Assembly (NCBI GenBank): GCA_963717505.1
Contig: OY970342.1
Location: 1,248,001-1,312,000 of the forward strand
Length of the DNA: 64,000 nt
Reading direction: 5' to 3'
Source: Candidatus Eiseniibacteriota bacterium
GTDB taxonomy: Bacteria; Eisenbacteria; RBG-16-71-46
Shown: in pieces, positions 9,471-19,835 of the stretch
Numbering within the stretch: position 1 is the stretch's first letter
Layout of the letters: the number at the start of each line of letters is the position of its first letter
The notes under the pieces: generated by a model
What the model was told of the DNA's origin: nothing
Databases searched by the model: none
The model's input: the letters and a program-made list of their open reading frames with translations, nothing else
Position numbers and translations under genes: made by a program

Positions 9471-10045
9471 GCCGTGTACGCCAGCTCCTTGTATTTGCGC
9501 AGGTAGGTGCCGTCGGTCATCGGCTCGAAGATGTGGCAGTGGGTCATCTCGCCGCCGTAGACGTGGAGCGTGATCGACGGGCTCGCGATCGGATTGGCGA
9601 TCGTGTGGTACTCGAACGGTGGGATCAGGGCGCCGGCCTCACCGGGACCCGCCCGCACCACGGTCTCCCGCTCGAACTTGACGCAGTCCTTCTCGGGATC
9701 GCCGCCGCGTACCGAGTACGACGTGACCTCGATCGTGCCGCGGTACACGCACTCGACGCACCAGATGCCGGCGTGGTCGTGGAGCGGCGTCTTCTGGCCG
9801 ACGCCCCACACCATGACCAGCACGGTGTAGCGGCCCTGCGGATCCTTGTGCAAGAGCCGGCGCGCGTAGCGATCGGGTGCCGGCTCGAGGAAAGGCGCCG
9901 GGACGAACGAGCCGCCGCTCGCCACGACGTCTTCGAGGACTTTCTTCACGTTGCGACATCGGATGGCATCGTCGGCCACGGCGACCGCCAAATCGAGGCG
10001 GCGGATCAGCTCGTGGACCATCGAGGAATCGGTCTGTGTCGTCAT
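9467..10045 (-). CDS. Cysteine dioxygenase-family thiol dioxygenase (cupin)
   Basis: YARRLL, TPLHDHAGIWC, EYHTIAN and TLHVY motifs; ATGA-coupled to yeiH. Confidence 0.9.
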   Translation of the reverse strand: MTTQTDSSMVHELIRRLDLAVAVADDAIRCRNVKKVLEDVVASGGSFVPAPFLEPAPDRYARRLLHKDPQGRYTVLVMVWGVGQKTPLHDHAGIWCVECVYRGTIEVTSYSVRGGDPEKDCVKFERETVVRAGPGEAGALIPPFEYHTIANPIASPSITLHVYGGEMTHCHIFEPMTDGTYLRKYKELAYTA

Positions 10046-10083
10046 GGTCTGCTCCTCCGGTTGCCGCTATCGTAGCAGAGCCC

Positions 10084-11366
10084 ATGGAGCCCACGCAGCG
10101 GCAAACGCCGCCGGTCCTCGATCCTTCGGTGCGCGCTCTGGGCGTGGTCTCGATGCTCAACGACCTGGGCAGCGAGATGCTGATTCGTACGCTGCCGCTG
10201 TTCCTCGCGAACGTGCTCGGCGTACGTACCGGCATTATCGGCGTGATCGAAGGTCTGGCTGAGAGCGCCTCGACCCTGCTCCGGCCCGCGACCGGTGCGC
10301 TCGCCGACCGCTGGGGTCGGCGCAAGCCCCTGGCGGTCGCCGGTTACGCGCTGTCGGCGCTCAGTCGGCCGCTCCTGGCGTTTGCGACGTCGTGGGGCTG
10401 GGCCCTCGCCTACCGCGTGACGGATCGCATCGGCAAGGCCGTGCGCACGCCGGCGCGCGATGCGCTGATCGCCGACCTGACTCACGCCAGCCACCGCGGG
10501 CGCGCATTCGGTTTCAATCGCGCGCTCGACGAGGTCGGTGGCGTGGGCGGAATGTTGATCGCCGCGGCCATCGTGTTCGCGACTCAGCAGGGCTCGGCGC
10601 TGCTGACCGCGGCGACCTGGAAGTGGATCGTGGCGTTCGCGTCGATCCCGGGGTTCTTCGCGGTCCTGGTGATCGCGCGCTGGGTGCACGAAGCGCCGCA
10701 TCATGACGCGAGCGGCCAAGCCGCCCCTGGCGCCATCGGGACCAGCACGTCGCCTACGGGGGACTCCGGCAGGAATTCTGCGCGGCCGCACGTCCCGCTA
10801 TCGGCCCTCGGCCGACCGTTCGCAATCTATCTCGTGTTGCTCGTCGATCTTCTCGCTCGGCAACTCGAGCGACGCGTTTCTCATGTTGCGCGCGCAGAAC
10901 GTGGGTGTGCCGGTGGGCGCAATGTTTCTGGTGCTCGCGGGCTACAGCGCAATGACCGCGATCACCTCGATTCCCGGGCGGCGTGCTCTCCGATCGTTTC
11001 GGCCGCCGTCGTCTGATGGTGGTCGGGGCGTTGATCTACGCCGCCATCTACTTCGGCTTCGCATGGGCGACTACTGCCTGGCACATCGTGGTGCTCTACG
11101 TGGGTTACGGGCTCTACTACGGCGCCTTCCAGGGCGCGGCGATGGCGCTGGTCGCCGATCTCGTGCCGCGCGAACGTCGCGCCACCGCCTACGGCTTCGT
11201 CCACGCCGCAGTCGGCATCACCGCGTTCCCGGCGAGCGCCGTGGCCGGCGTCCTGTGGCAATGGCTGGGCCCGCCGGCGCCGTTCGTGTTCGGCGGCGCG
11301 CTGGCGCTCATCGCCGGCATCGGCTTTTCGATGCTGCCGGGCGCGGTAGAGCGATCCGTGCGGTAG
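10084..11366 (+). CDS. MFS transporter, split by about two frameshifts (~10845, ~10980)
   Basis: GALADRWGRRK motif A, DRIGKAVRTPARDAL, FSLGNSSDAFL and SDRFGRRR spread over three overlapping ORFs. Confidence 0.85.
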
Positions 11367-11396
11367 AGTGACGCGTCACCGCCTGCGGAGGAAGCC

Positions 11397-12353
11397 ATGA
11401 AGTCCGCTCCACGACTCGCGACCGGCGCCGAGCCGGCGCCGCCCCGCCTCGAGCCGCTGCGCCGCGTGCTCGTGGCCACCGACTTCTCGAAGTCCGCACG
11501 CCGCGGCACCCAGCGCGCGGTGCGATTGCCGTTGGCACTCGGCGCCCGCATTCACGTCGTCCACGTGCTGCCGCCGCAGGATCGCCGTACCCGTCGGGTC
11601 GACGCCCTGCTCGAGGAGTACGCCGGCCGCGAGTTCCGTGCCCTGGTGCGCGAGATGGAGCGGGCCCTGCACCGCCAGGGGCGTACCGACGTTTCGGTCG
11701 AGAGCGAGGTCGCCTACGGCAGTGGATTCGTCGAGATCGTGCAGAGCGCGCTCGCGGTGCGCGCCGAGTTGATCGTGGTCGGGCGCATTGGCCGCCAGAA
11801 CTGGCGTCACCTGCTGATCGGGTCCACTGCTGAACGGGTGGTTTGGAGTAGTCCGATCCCGGTGCTGGTGACGCACGACAAAGAGCCGCGGCCCTACCGG
11901 CGGATCCTCGCAGCGCTCGACGGCACCCACGCCTCGCGTGCCGCCTTCCGCCTGGCGATTCGCCTGGGGGATGCCCAGCGCATGCGCGTGGAAGCCGTGC
12001 ACGCCGTGGACCTGAGCCTCCTGCTGGCGGTCCGGCGGGCGGGTGCCCCCGAGCGCCGCATTCGCGAGCTGGCCGACGGCGCGCGGCGCAAGACCCAGCT
12101 CTGGCTGGACGGCGTCGTCGACTCGGTGGGCGCCGATGCCGTCGACGTGCGACTGACCGTCGGCCACGGCCATCCGGTCGACGTCATCCAGAAGGCGATG
12201 GCGCAGCGCAAGCCCGACCTGGTGGTGCTCGGCACGCGCCGGCAGGGCGCCGTACGCCGCGCGTTGCTCGGCAGCGTCGCCGAGGCGATCGTGCGGCGGG
12301 CCAACTGTGACGTGCTGATCGCGCGCGAGCGCGCTACCGGGGGCTCGCGCTGA
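11397..12353 (+). CDS. Tandem-domain universal stress protein
   Basis: VLVATDFS...LIGSTAERVV and ILAALDG...LLGSVAEAIVRRANCDVL. Confidence 0.92.
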   Translation: MKSAPRLATGAEPAPPRLEPLRRVLVATDFSKSARRGTQRAVRLPLALGARIHVVHVLPPQDRRTRRVDALLEEYAGREFRALVREMERALHRQGRTDVSVESEVAYGSGFVEIVQSALAVRAELIVVGRIGRQNWRHLLIGSTAERVVWSSPIPVLVTHDKEPRPYRRILAALDGTHASRAAFRLAIRLGDAQRMRVEAVHAVDLSLLLAVRRAGAPERRIRELADGARRKTQLWLDGVVDSVGADAVDVRLTVGHGHPVDVIQKAMAQRKPDLVVLGTRRQGAVRRALLGSVAEAIVRRANCDVLIARERATGGSR

Positions 12354-12357
12354 CGGC

Positions 12358-13148
12358 CTAGCGCTTCATCAGTTGGTCGTAGATGATCTGGTAGGACTTC
12401 GGACTGATCCCCAGGTCGCCGCGGAATGGGCGATCGAACGCGAGCACCACGAAGATCACCAGCGCCATGAAGGCGGCGAGCAGGACGACGAGGATGAGGT
12501 GCAGTCTCGGATCTTCGACGCGAAAGAAGCACGACGCGAGCAGTGCGATCACCGCGCCGCCGAGGATCACCGACCACATGGCGCCGGGGAGAGCGATGCG
12601 CACCGAGTCGAGCCGTATGCGACGCGATCTCGATCATCCGGTTGTAGGCGCGACAGGGTTTCGGCGTGCAGGATCTTCTGGCCTTCGGTGGCCGGCTCGA
12701 AATTGTGAGATCGCTTGAAGCTCGTCCAGCGCAGAACGACCGCGCCGCGCGGCAACCGCCCCGCCTGCTCTCGGGCCACGCTTCGCGGATCAGGTATCGA
12801 GGTGTAGTTCCTGCAGCGCGTCCCTGAGCGCAGTCTGGATCGGCGCCGGGTAGCTTCTGACGTCACGGTAGAGCGCCGCGATGGCCGTCGCTTCCTGCGA
12901 GACCACTTTCGAGTGTCCGAGTACGTTTGCCAGACGTTGACCGCGATCAGGGCGACCGCGAGCCCGTAAAACACCATGATCGCCTGGACGATGGCGCCGC
13001 TGAATTCCGAGTCCTCGGTCCGAATTCGGAGCGAGGCAGAACGAATCGGCGCACGATCAGGAGCCCGCCGGCGGCGAACAGTCGCCAGCGTGAGGATCAG
13101 AGCCGGTGCGGCGATCACCAGGGGGATGTCGAACAGGAAGTTGAACAC
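12358..13148 (-). pseudogene. DUF4239-like membrane protein with several frameshifts (decayed gene or sequencing errors)
   Basis: Fragments VFYGLAVALIAVNVWQTYSD, FEPATEGQKILHAE and VLAFDRPFRGDLGISP lie in different frames. Confidence 0.7.
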
Positions 13149-13238
13149 GGGGGCAGGATGCAGTGGAAGTCCAGCCCGGATCAAGACGAAGTCAACGCTG
13201 GCCAAGGCTGGCTCCGGGCTCCTCGCCAACGGCACCGG

Positions 13239-13385
13239 TCAGGGGCGCCAGTCCACGGAGAGTCCGGTTGGCCAGTTCGGCTGCGTGATCACAACGCCCG
13301 TCAGGATCAGGACCCCCAGCAGCAAGACTCCGAATACGAGCCGAGCCGTGAGGTCCATGATTGCGTGATGGGTCGTTGCCGTCAT
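13239..13385 (-). CDS. Small single-TM protein (48 aa)
   Basis: GAGG RBS; MTATTHHAIMDLTARLVFGVLLLGVLILTGVVITQPNWPTGLSVDWRP; directly downstream of the OMP gene. Confidence 0.5.
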   Translation of the reverse strand: MTATTHHAIMDLTARLVFGVLLLGVLILTGVVITQPNWPTGLSVDWRP

Positions 13386-13421
13386 CTGTGCCTCTTCCGC
13401 GGTCACTGGGCGTGTGTCGGA

Positions 13422-13925
13422 CTAACGCGAGCGCCAGCCGTGGAAGGTGATTCCACCGAGGAGCGCAAACTGCGAGAATTCGCTTGCCGTGTAGCGCCCC
13501 TCGAAGAAGTAGTGAACCGCCGGCGCCGGGATCCGGAACCCGCCGATCAGGTTGAGTCCCAGTTGCGTGTCAGACTGGTTCGACCGCTCATCGTCAATGA
13601 AGTTGACGCCGAGGCCGGCACCGACGTACGGAGTCACCTGACCCTCGGCCATGAAGTGATAGTAAAGGTCGGCATTGGCGCTCAGATCGCCGACGTCGTT
13701 GGTCTTCCAGTACATCACGTTCGGGATCAGGTGCAGGCGGGAGCCATGTTGCTCGAACTCCATGTGTCCGGCCACCGCGATGGTTCCGTCGAGGTTCTCA
13801 GGCGTCAGGTACCCGAGCTTCCCTCCGAATCCGGTCAGGTTGAAGGCACTCGCCGGCGGCGGCGTGGCGAGGATCCCGACCAGGCAGATGCAGGCGAGGA
13901 ATGACAACAACAAGGTGATTCTCAT
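13422..13925 (-). CDS. Small outer-membrane beta-barrel protein (OmpA/OmpW-like)
   Basis: Signal peptide, amphipathic strands, TPYVGAGLG, near-terminal GITF; AAAGGA RBS before ATG 13925. Confidence 0.85.
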   Translation of the reverse strand: MRITLLLSFLACICLVGILATPPPASAFNLTGFGGKLGYLTPENLDGTIAVAGHMEFEQHGSRLHLIPNVMYWKTNDVGDLSANADLYYHFMAEGQVTPYVGAGLGVNFIDDERSNQSDTQLGLNLIGGFRIPAPAVHYFFEGRYTASEFSQFALLGGITFHGWRSR

Positions 13926-13969
13926 GATGTGGTTCCTTTCGAGGTGATCTGTGTGCTTCATGAACCAGT

Positions 13970-14098
13970 TGCCAGGGTCTCAAGCACCGCAGGAAGGGTG
14001 CCAGCGCCCGGTCGACCACCTCGATTCGCCCCGAGTGTGTTGCGGCGGAAGGCTTGGCGGTCTTGAACATCCCTGTGGCGGGAACCTGATCGACGCCC
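13970..14098 (-). repeat. ~130 bp upstream element, copy 1, containing sigma-54 promoter TGGCACCCTTCCTGC (13989-14003)
   Basis: Colinear with 18412-18541; shares the 17-mer ggcggaaggcttggcgg and ccggtcgacNacctcgat. Confidence 0.75.
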
Positions 14099-14178
14099 AG
14101 CTCACCGACGGATGAGGACAATCCTCCAACGCGTCGAATTCCATACAACTGGGATGTCAGGGACTGTCGAGGTCAGCT

Positions 14179-14367
14179 TCAGCCGATCTGGATATTCCTG
14201 ATATTGCCGAACAGCCCGAACACGTTGAGCACCCACAGGACTACGGCGATCACAGCCACGACGTTCATGATCCGTTTGATCTTGCCGTCCATCGGGATAT
14301 AGCTGTTGGCGAGCCACAGCAAGACTCCCATGACGACCAGGGTTACGAGAACGTTCACCAGTGGCAT
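14179..14367 (-). CDS. Thivi_2564-like small membrane protein (62 aa)
   Basis: MPLVNVLVTLVVMGVLLWLANSYIPMDGKIKRIMNVVAVIAVVLWVLNVFG; GGAG RBS. Confidence 0.8.
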   Translation of the reverse strand: MPLVNVLVTLVVMGVLLWLANSYIPMDGKIKRIMNVVAVIAVVLWVLNVFGLFGNIRNIQIG

Positions 14368-14473
14368 ATCAAACTCCAGTCTTGGGCGACCCGTGCTTCG
14401 CGGCAACCGAATCGGTCGCATTACTCCGGTTGCATGCCCCGCATCGTGCTGCGCGGTGGCGCCTTGGATGAAA

Positions 14474-14488
14474 GCATCATCCATGCCG
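14474..14488 (-). promoter_or_regulatory. Sigma-54 promoter candidate
   Basis: Minus strand CGGCATGGATGATGC (GG-N10-GC), upstream of the Thivi-like gene. Confidence 0.5.
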
Positions 14489-14737
14489 TCCGGCCGTCGA
14501 CAGATCAATTGGGGCGGGACTCGCGTGTATTCGGAAGGTTCAGACGGCAGCGGCGGGGTCTGCTATGGGAAACCGCCGGGATGAGTGCCAAGGCCACGGC
14601 TCGAGCGGCAGGATCTCCGATCTTTTTGGAATAACCGGCACCCGTTTCCCTTGCCGGACGGGCTTCAAACGTCACCCGGTCACAGCCATGGGGCGTGTTT
14701 GGGCGCTTTGTCCCCTGTTCCCCCACCGACGCGCAAT

Positions 14738-14752
14738 TGGCCCCGGGCTTGC
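14738..14752 (+). promoter_or_regulatory. Sigma-54 promoter candidate
   Basis: TGGCCCCGGGCTTGC (GG-N10-GC with TTGC), ~100 nt upstream of the general stress protein gene. Confidence 0.55.
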
Positions 14753-14854
14753 GAGTACGGTTCGTGCCCTGGACTCGCGCGCTATCGCGAGTCCGGACGA
14801 ATACCGAATCGGCTACTGGGCTGGTTTGGAATCACGCCACCTTGGAGGTGTTCC

Positions 14855-15394
14855 ATGTCGGACAAACTGACGGATCTGCAGCAGCCGATGATGGCTCGCA
14901 CGTTCCGTGATCGCGAATCCGCCGAACGTGCCTACGCTGCAATCACAGCACGCGGGTATAAGCATGATGAGATTCATCTCCTGATGTCAGATGAGACTCG
15001 CAGCCGCCTGTTCACCAAAGACGATGAGAAGACCGACATGGGCCACAAGGCGCTCGAGGGAGCCGGGGTCGGCGGCGCGGTCGGCGGGGTCGTCGGCGGC
15101 GCGGTGGGTGCCACCCTGGTGGGCTTCGCGGCGGCGGCAGCGGCATTGGCCATTCCGGGCCTTGGGCTCGTGATTGTCGGTCCGCTGGCGGGCGCCATTG
15201 CCGGAGCCGCCGCAGGCGCGACAACGGGAGGGTTGGTCGGCCTACTCGTGGGAGCCGGAATCCCTGAGGAGCGCGCCAAGGTCTACGAGACCGAGCTGAA
15301 GGAAGGCGGGATCGTTCTGGGCGTCCAGCCTCGTCATGAGGCCGATGCTCGGTACTTCGAAACCGAGTGGCAGGAACAGGTCACTCGCACGTAG
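14855..15394 (+). CDS. General stress protein-like, Gly-zipper membrane protein
   Basis: GGAGG RBS; FRDRESAERAY...GAGVGGAVGG...IPGLGLVIVGPLA...GIPEERAKVYETELKEGGIVLGV. Confidence 0.8.
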   Translation: MSDKLTDLQQPMMARTFRDRESAERAYAAITARGYKHDEIHLLMSDETRSRLFTKDDEKTDMGHKALEGAGVGGAVGGVVGGAVGATLVGFAAAAAALAIPGLGLVIVGPLAGAIAGAAAGATTGGLVGLLVGAGIPEERAKVYETELKEGGIVLGVQPRHEADARYFETEWQEQVTRT

Positions 15395-15593
15395 TTCGAT
15401 CACTGCTTGAAACGGGCGCCCCTCTGGGGCGTCCGTCTCTCGACCGTCATGTCAGACCCCACGAGTCGATTTTCGGGGTTGTGTTGAAGGTTCCAGACGG
15501 CCATCCTTGTCCCGCGACGCGAGAACCCGCGGGGGCAAGGCAGCCGGGCCAGAAGAACGCGGCGCCGATCGTCACCCCGTGCTGGAGTCGAGA

Positions 15594-17577
15594 ATGACGA
15601 ACTCGAAAGGTTCAAAGGACGAACCCAAGCCCAGGCGCGAACCCGTTGGCGGAAAGCCTGTCGCTGCAGGCCGAGCGGAGCAAGCCCCGGGTGATGCGCG
15701 GGTGTCCCTCGACGAAAATGCTCGGGCTTGGATTACCAGCCTGACCGCCACGCCGCCCTCGGCGAGCATCGCCCAGCTGCGGGTCGGCGAACTCGAGGAG
15801 GCCGAGAGCAAGCTCGCGTCCACCCACGAACAGCTCCGGCAGGAAATCTCGGAACGCGAGCGAATTGCAGCAGAAGCACGGGAAGCAGAGCGAGTCCTGA
15901 GGGAGGTGCGCGAGCGCTTCGAGACCGCGTTCGACAATGCTCCGATCGGCATGGCGCTCATCGCCATGGATGATCGCTGGCTGCAGGTCAATGATGCGCT
16001 GTGTCGGATCACCGGTCACACCGAGGAAGACCTGAAGGCGACGACGCTTCGGGCGATGACACATCCCGACGACATAGAACTCGACATACAGAGTGTGCAG
16101 CAGCTCCTGGCCGGCCAGATCCCCAGCTACCAGGTCGAGAAGCGGTACCGCCACGCTTGGGGTCATCATGTCTGGGTCTTGGTGACCGCATCGATCGTCC
16201 GCGACGAAGATGGAAGTCCTCTATATGTCGTTACGCAAGTCCAGGACATCTCGGAACGAAAAGAGCTCGCGCGGCGCCTCGAGTACCTCGTGGATCACGA
16301 CTTTCTGACCGGTTTGTTCAACCGGCGACACTTCGAGCAGGAGCTCACAAAGGAGACCGATCGAGTGGCCCGCTATGGGGGTCCCGGAGCCGTACTCGTC
16401 ATCGATCTGGACAACTTCAAGGACGTCAACGACTCCTTTGGTCACAAGGCCGGCGATGATGTGCTCAAGGGAGTGGCGGGGCTGTTGAGGGAGCGCCTGC
16501 GCCAAACGGATCTCGTGGCGCGGATCGGCGGTGACGAGTTCGCCGTGCTCCTTCCACAGACCGACGCCGACCAAGCACAGAGCATGGCCGACGAGCTGGT
16601 CAAGGCCCTGGGCCGGCAGGTCGCCGTGCTCGCCGATCGGTCGATCCATATCACGGCAAGCATCGGCGTCACGCTGTTCGAGGGGCTGACGGACATCGAG
16701 GTGCTCGCCTACGCTGACCTCGCCATGTACGAGGCCAAGGAGGCCGGGCGTAATCGGTTCGCGATCTATCGGCCGGCTCCGGACGGTAAGGAGCGAGGGT
16801 CCAGGCGGCTTGCCGAAGCGGAGCGGATTCGCAACGCGCTCGAGGAAGATCGCCTGATCCTTCACTGTCAGCCGATCCTCGATCTCGGCAAGAACGAAAT
16901 CTGTCAGTACGAACTCTTGCTCCGCCTCCCGGACGATCTGAGGACGGAACCGCTCCGTCCCAGCGCCTTTCTCTACGCCGCCGAGCGCTTTGGCCTGATC
17001 CAAGCCATCGACGGCTGGGTCGTGCGCAAGGCGATCGCCCTGATTGCCGAACACGCGCGGGCAGGGCTCAAGCTGGTGCTCAACGTCAACCTGTCGGGCA
17101 AGTCCATCGGAGACCGCAAGCTGGCGGCGCTTGTCGAGGAGGCTTTGACGGAAACCGGAATCGATCCCGCGCGATTGATCTTCGAACTGACCGAGACGGC
17201 GGCGATCGCCAATATCGAGGACGCCAAGGCCTTCGCAAGCCGACTACGTGGCCGGGGCTGCCAGATTCGCCCTGGACGACTTCGGCGCTGGGTTCGGCTC
17301 CTTCTACTACCTCAAGAACTTCCCCTTCGACTGCCTCAAGATCGACGGCGACTTCATCCGCGGCATCACCACCAGCGCGATCGACCAGCTCGTGGTTGAA
17401 GCCATCGTCAGCATCGCGCGGGGAATGGGGAAGAAGACCGTCGCCGAGTTCGTGGCCGACGAGGAGACAGCGGACCTTCTCCGAAGGATCGGAGTCGACT
17501 GCGCCCAGGGCTATCACATCGGCATGCCGAGACCGGTATCCGAGATGCTTCGTGTCGGGGGGTCCGCGCTGGTTTGA
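15594..17577 (+). CDS. PAS-GGDEF-EAL c-di-GMP signalling protein; one frameshift near 17265
   Basis: PAS/PAC (THPDD, EKRY), ARIGGDEF, YELLLR, FELTE; ALDDFGAG and KIDGDF lie in the shifted frame. Confidence 0.9.
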
Positions 17578-17598
17578 CGCCCGCCGGCGGCGGCCGGT

Positions 17599-18351
17599 CT
17601 ACCGATACCGAGTCTTGATCATGGCCCACGTCGCTCTGATTGTGGGCGTTGCCGTGTCGCCAGGGCTGGTGATGCTGTTCGAGTCCATGGTCACCGCACC
17701 CGTTTGCGCCAGGGCCCTGCCCGAGAGGACGGCACCGGTATTGAGTGTGATGCTCGCGCTGGCGAGAATATTGCCCTGCGTCGAGGAAGATATTCCGAGA
17801 GTCGCGGAGCTACCGACTTGCCACCAGACATGTCGATTCTGGGCGCCATTGGACATGATCACTGAAGATAAGTCGGCGCCTGTGAGTGTGCTCCCAATTT
17901 GGAAAACGAATTCGGCGCCCGGGTCGCCCTGGCCGTCGAGAGTAAGGGTTCCTGTCAACGGGACCGATGACGAAAAACAATAGACGCCCGGCCCGAGCGT
18001 CTTCCCGCCCAGATCCTGGCCGGTCATGTCGGTACCGCACGCCATGCTTGCCAGCAGATTGTATGCAGTGGTGAGGTCATCCTGAGCCTGTGCAGCGACG
18101 GGATCGCCAGCGTGAATCGTTCCTTCGGTGGGCTGCCCCGCAGGAAGGCCGGTAATCGCAGTGCCGGGGCTCACTCCCACATCCGCGTTGATTGTCGTCG
18201 CGCCGGTATTGGTGATCGTTGAGCCGGCCAGCACAGCGAAACTCGCCGCGGAGCCCAACCCGGACTGGGCGAATCCGAGTGAAGGGAGGAATAGCAACAC
18301 CGCCAGTCCAGCGCCGGCCACGATGGTCGAGTGCCGATATTCATGATTCAT
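17599..18351 (-). CDS. Secreted DUF3494 (ice-binding-like) protein with C-terminal TWAMIKTRYR tail
   Basis: FAVLAGSTITNTG, DLGGKTLGPGVY, FVFQIGSTL, VWWQVGSSATLG and GRALAQTGAVTMD motifs. Confidence 0.92.
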   Translation of the reverse strand: MNHEYRHSTIVAGAGLAVLLFLPSLGFAQSGLGSAASFAVLAGSTITNTGATTINADVGVSPGTAITGLPAGQPTEGTIHAGDPVAAQAQDDLTTAYNLLASMACGTDMTGQDLGGKTLGPGVYCFSSSVPLTGTLTLDGQGDPGAEFVFQIGSTLTGADLSSVIMSNGAQNRHVWWQVGSSATLGISSSTQGNILASASITLNTGAVLSGRALAQTGAVTMDSNSITSPGDTATPTIRATWAMIKTRYR

Positions 18352-18411
18352 GAGGAACCTCCGCGACGGCGAGAAGTGGTCCAACAATCAGGATGGAATG
18401 TCGTCCACAAA

Positions 18412-18541
18412 TGCCAGCCCTCGCGTTGCTGCAGGAACAGTGCCAGCCACCGGTCGACAACCTCGATCCCGGCCCATCGCGTTGTGGCGGAAGGCTTGGC
18501 GGCTTTCTATCTCCGCCGCGGCGGGTACCTAATCCGCGCCC
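18412..18541 (-). repeat. ~130 bp upstream element, copy 2, containing sigma-54 promoter TGGCACTGTTCCTGC (18431-18445)
   Basis: Colinear similarity with 13970-14098. Confidence 0.75.
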
Positions 18542-18656
18542 TGACCCCGGCCGGAAGAGGAGAGTCTTCCAACGCAGCGAAATCCATGCAACCGGGCGAG
18601 AGGAAGTCGTCCCGGCCTGAGGGGGACCGGGGGTTCGCGGATGTGAGCGCTTCGCC

Positions 18657-19130
18657 TCAGCGCCCGCCCGACGTCACCTCTGCCAGCGTGGCCCGGTAGA
18701 CCGAGTCACGCCCTCCGCCTGCAGCCACGGCGCGCCCGGCGAGCGCACGGGCCTCATCCAGGCTCCGCCCTTGTCTGAGCAAAGCGATCGCCAGGTTGTT
18801 CATCGCGTCGTAATCCGTCGTGGAATCGCTGAGCGCTCGCCGGTAGCACTTCTCAGCGCTGCTCCAACGCCCTGCCGCAGCCTCGATGTTGCCAAGGTTG
18901 ACGCGCGCCCGGGATTGGTGGGGATCGAGCTTGAGAGCCTTGCGGTACTCCTTCGCTGCCAGATCGAGCTTGCCGCTCGACTCGTATACGACGCCGAGGT
19001 CGTTGTGCTCGCTAGCCGTCAGCGGGTCGTGCAGCACCACCAGATGGGCGCAACCCGATAGTGCGGCAACCCATACCGACGCCAGCGCGAGCGCGACCAC
19101 GACCGGGCGGGCGAGGCCCCGCGCATTCAT
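18657..19130 (-). CDS. TPR-repeat lipoprotein
   Basis: LSGC lipobox; HNDLGVVYE, ARVNLGNI and AMNNLA TPR motifs; ATGA-coupled to the C39 gene. Confidence 0.88.
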   Translation of the reverse strand: MNARGLARPVVVALALASVWVAALSGCAHLVVLHDPLTASEHNDLGVVYESSGKLDLAAKEYRKALKLDPHQSRARVNLGNIEAAAGRWSSAEKCYRRALSDSTTDYDAMNNLAIALLRQGRSLDEARALAGRAVAAGGGRDSVYRATLAEVTSGGR

Positions 19131-19648
19131 GGTGACACTCTTCGGATGATCAGCGCCTGCGAACCCGCCGTCCGCCACCGTTTCGCGAGCTTGTCACCGT
19201 CCACAACGCTCGGTCGGGCCCCGCCATCATTCAGGCTGAAGGCCTCGCGTGCGGGATCCCAACCGGTTACCACCCCAAAGTGTGCGACCGTAAGCGGGGC
19301 TCGCCCGCTCTGGTAGAGGACGATAGGTGGCACTCCCAACACGAGCAGAGCGACCAACGAATCGGGGGTGAGGGTCGCGACCGTGGCGTCGTAGCCGGCT
19401 CGGCGCGCGGCGGCTGCGAGGTCTGTGATGAGCGACCCGCGCAGGATGGGATCGTATGCACTGTCTGCTTCATGAAGTGCCGCGGCGTCGGCGCCGTAGT
19501 AGCGCAACACCATTTCGAGCGCGGCCTGGCCGCAACGCTCGCGCTCCTGCACCACGATCGGTACGTCCAGGTCCACCACGGCCGCGGCCAGCCCGGAACC
19601 GGTGCCCGGCGAGGCTCCTAGCAGCAAAGCCACCAGCAGGCTCAGCAT
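19127..19648 (-). CDS. C39-like cysteine peptidase (PA2778-like), catalytic residues intact
   Basis: Signal peptide; QERERCGQAAL (Q, C), AHFGVV (H), LNDG (D). Confidence 0.85.
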   Translation of the reverse strand: MLSLLVALLLGASPGTGSGLAAAVVDLDVPIVVQERERCGQAALEMVLRYYGADAAALHEADSAYDPILRGSLITDLAAAARRAGYDATVATLTPDSLVALLVLGVPPIVLYQSGRAPLTVAHFGVVTGWDPAREAFSLNDGGARPSVVDGDKLAKRWRTAGSQALIIRRVSP

Positions 19649-19685
19649 CGTTTCACGGGCAATGCCTTGTCTCCGTGTTTGAGAA

Positions 19686-19835
19686 TCACAGCACCTTCCG
19701 GCCCTGAATGACACGAATCAGCACGACGATGATGGCGATGACGATCAGAATGTGGATGAAGCCACCCATCGTGTAGGACGTCACCAGACCGAGCAACCAA
19801 AGAATGATGAGCACGACCGCAATCGTCCACAGCAT
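19686..19835 (-). CDS. lmo0937/DUF5670-like small membrane protein (49 aa)
   Basis: GGGAGG RBS; MLWTIAVVLIILWLLGLVTSYTMGGFIHILIVIAIIVVLIRVIQGRKVL. Confidence 0.85.
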   Translation of the reverse strand: MLWTIAVVLIILWLLGLVTSYTMGGFIHILIVIAIIVVLIRVIQGRKVL

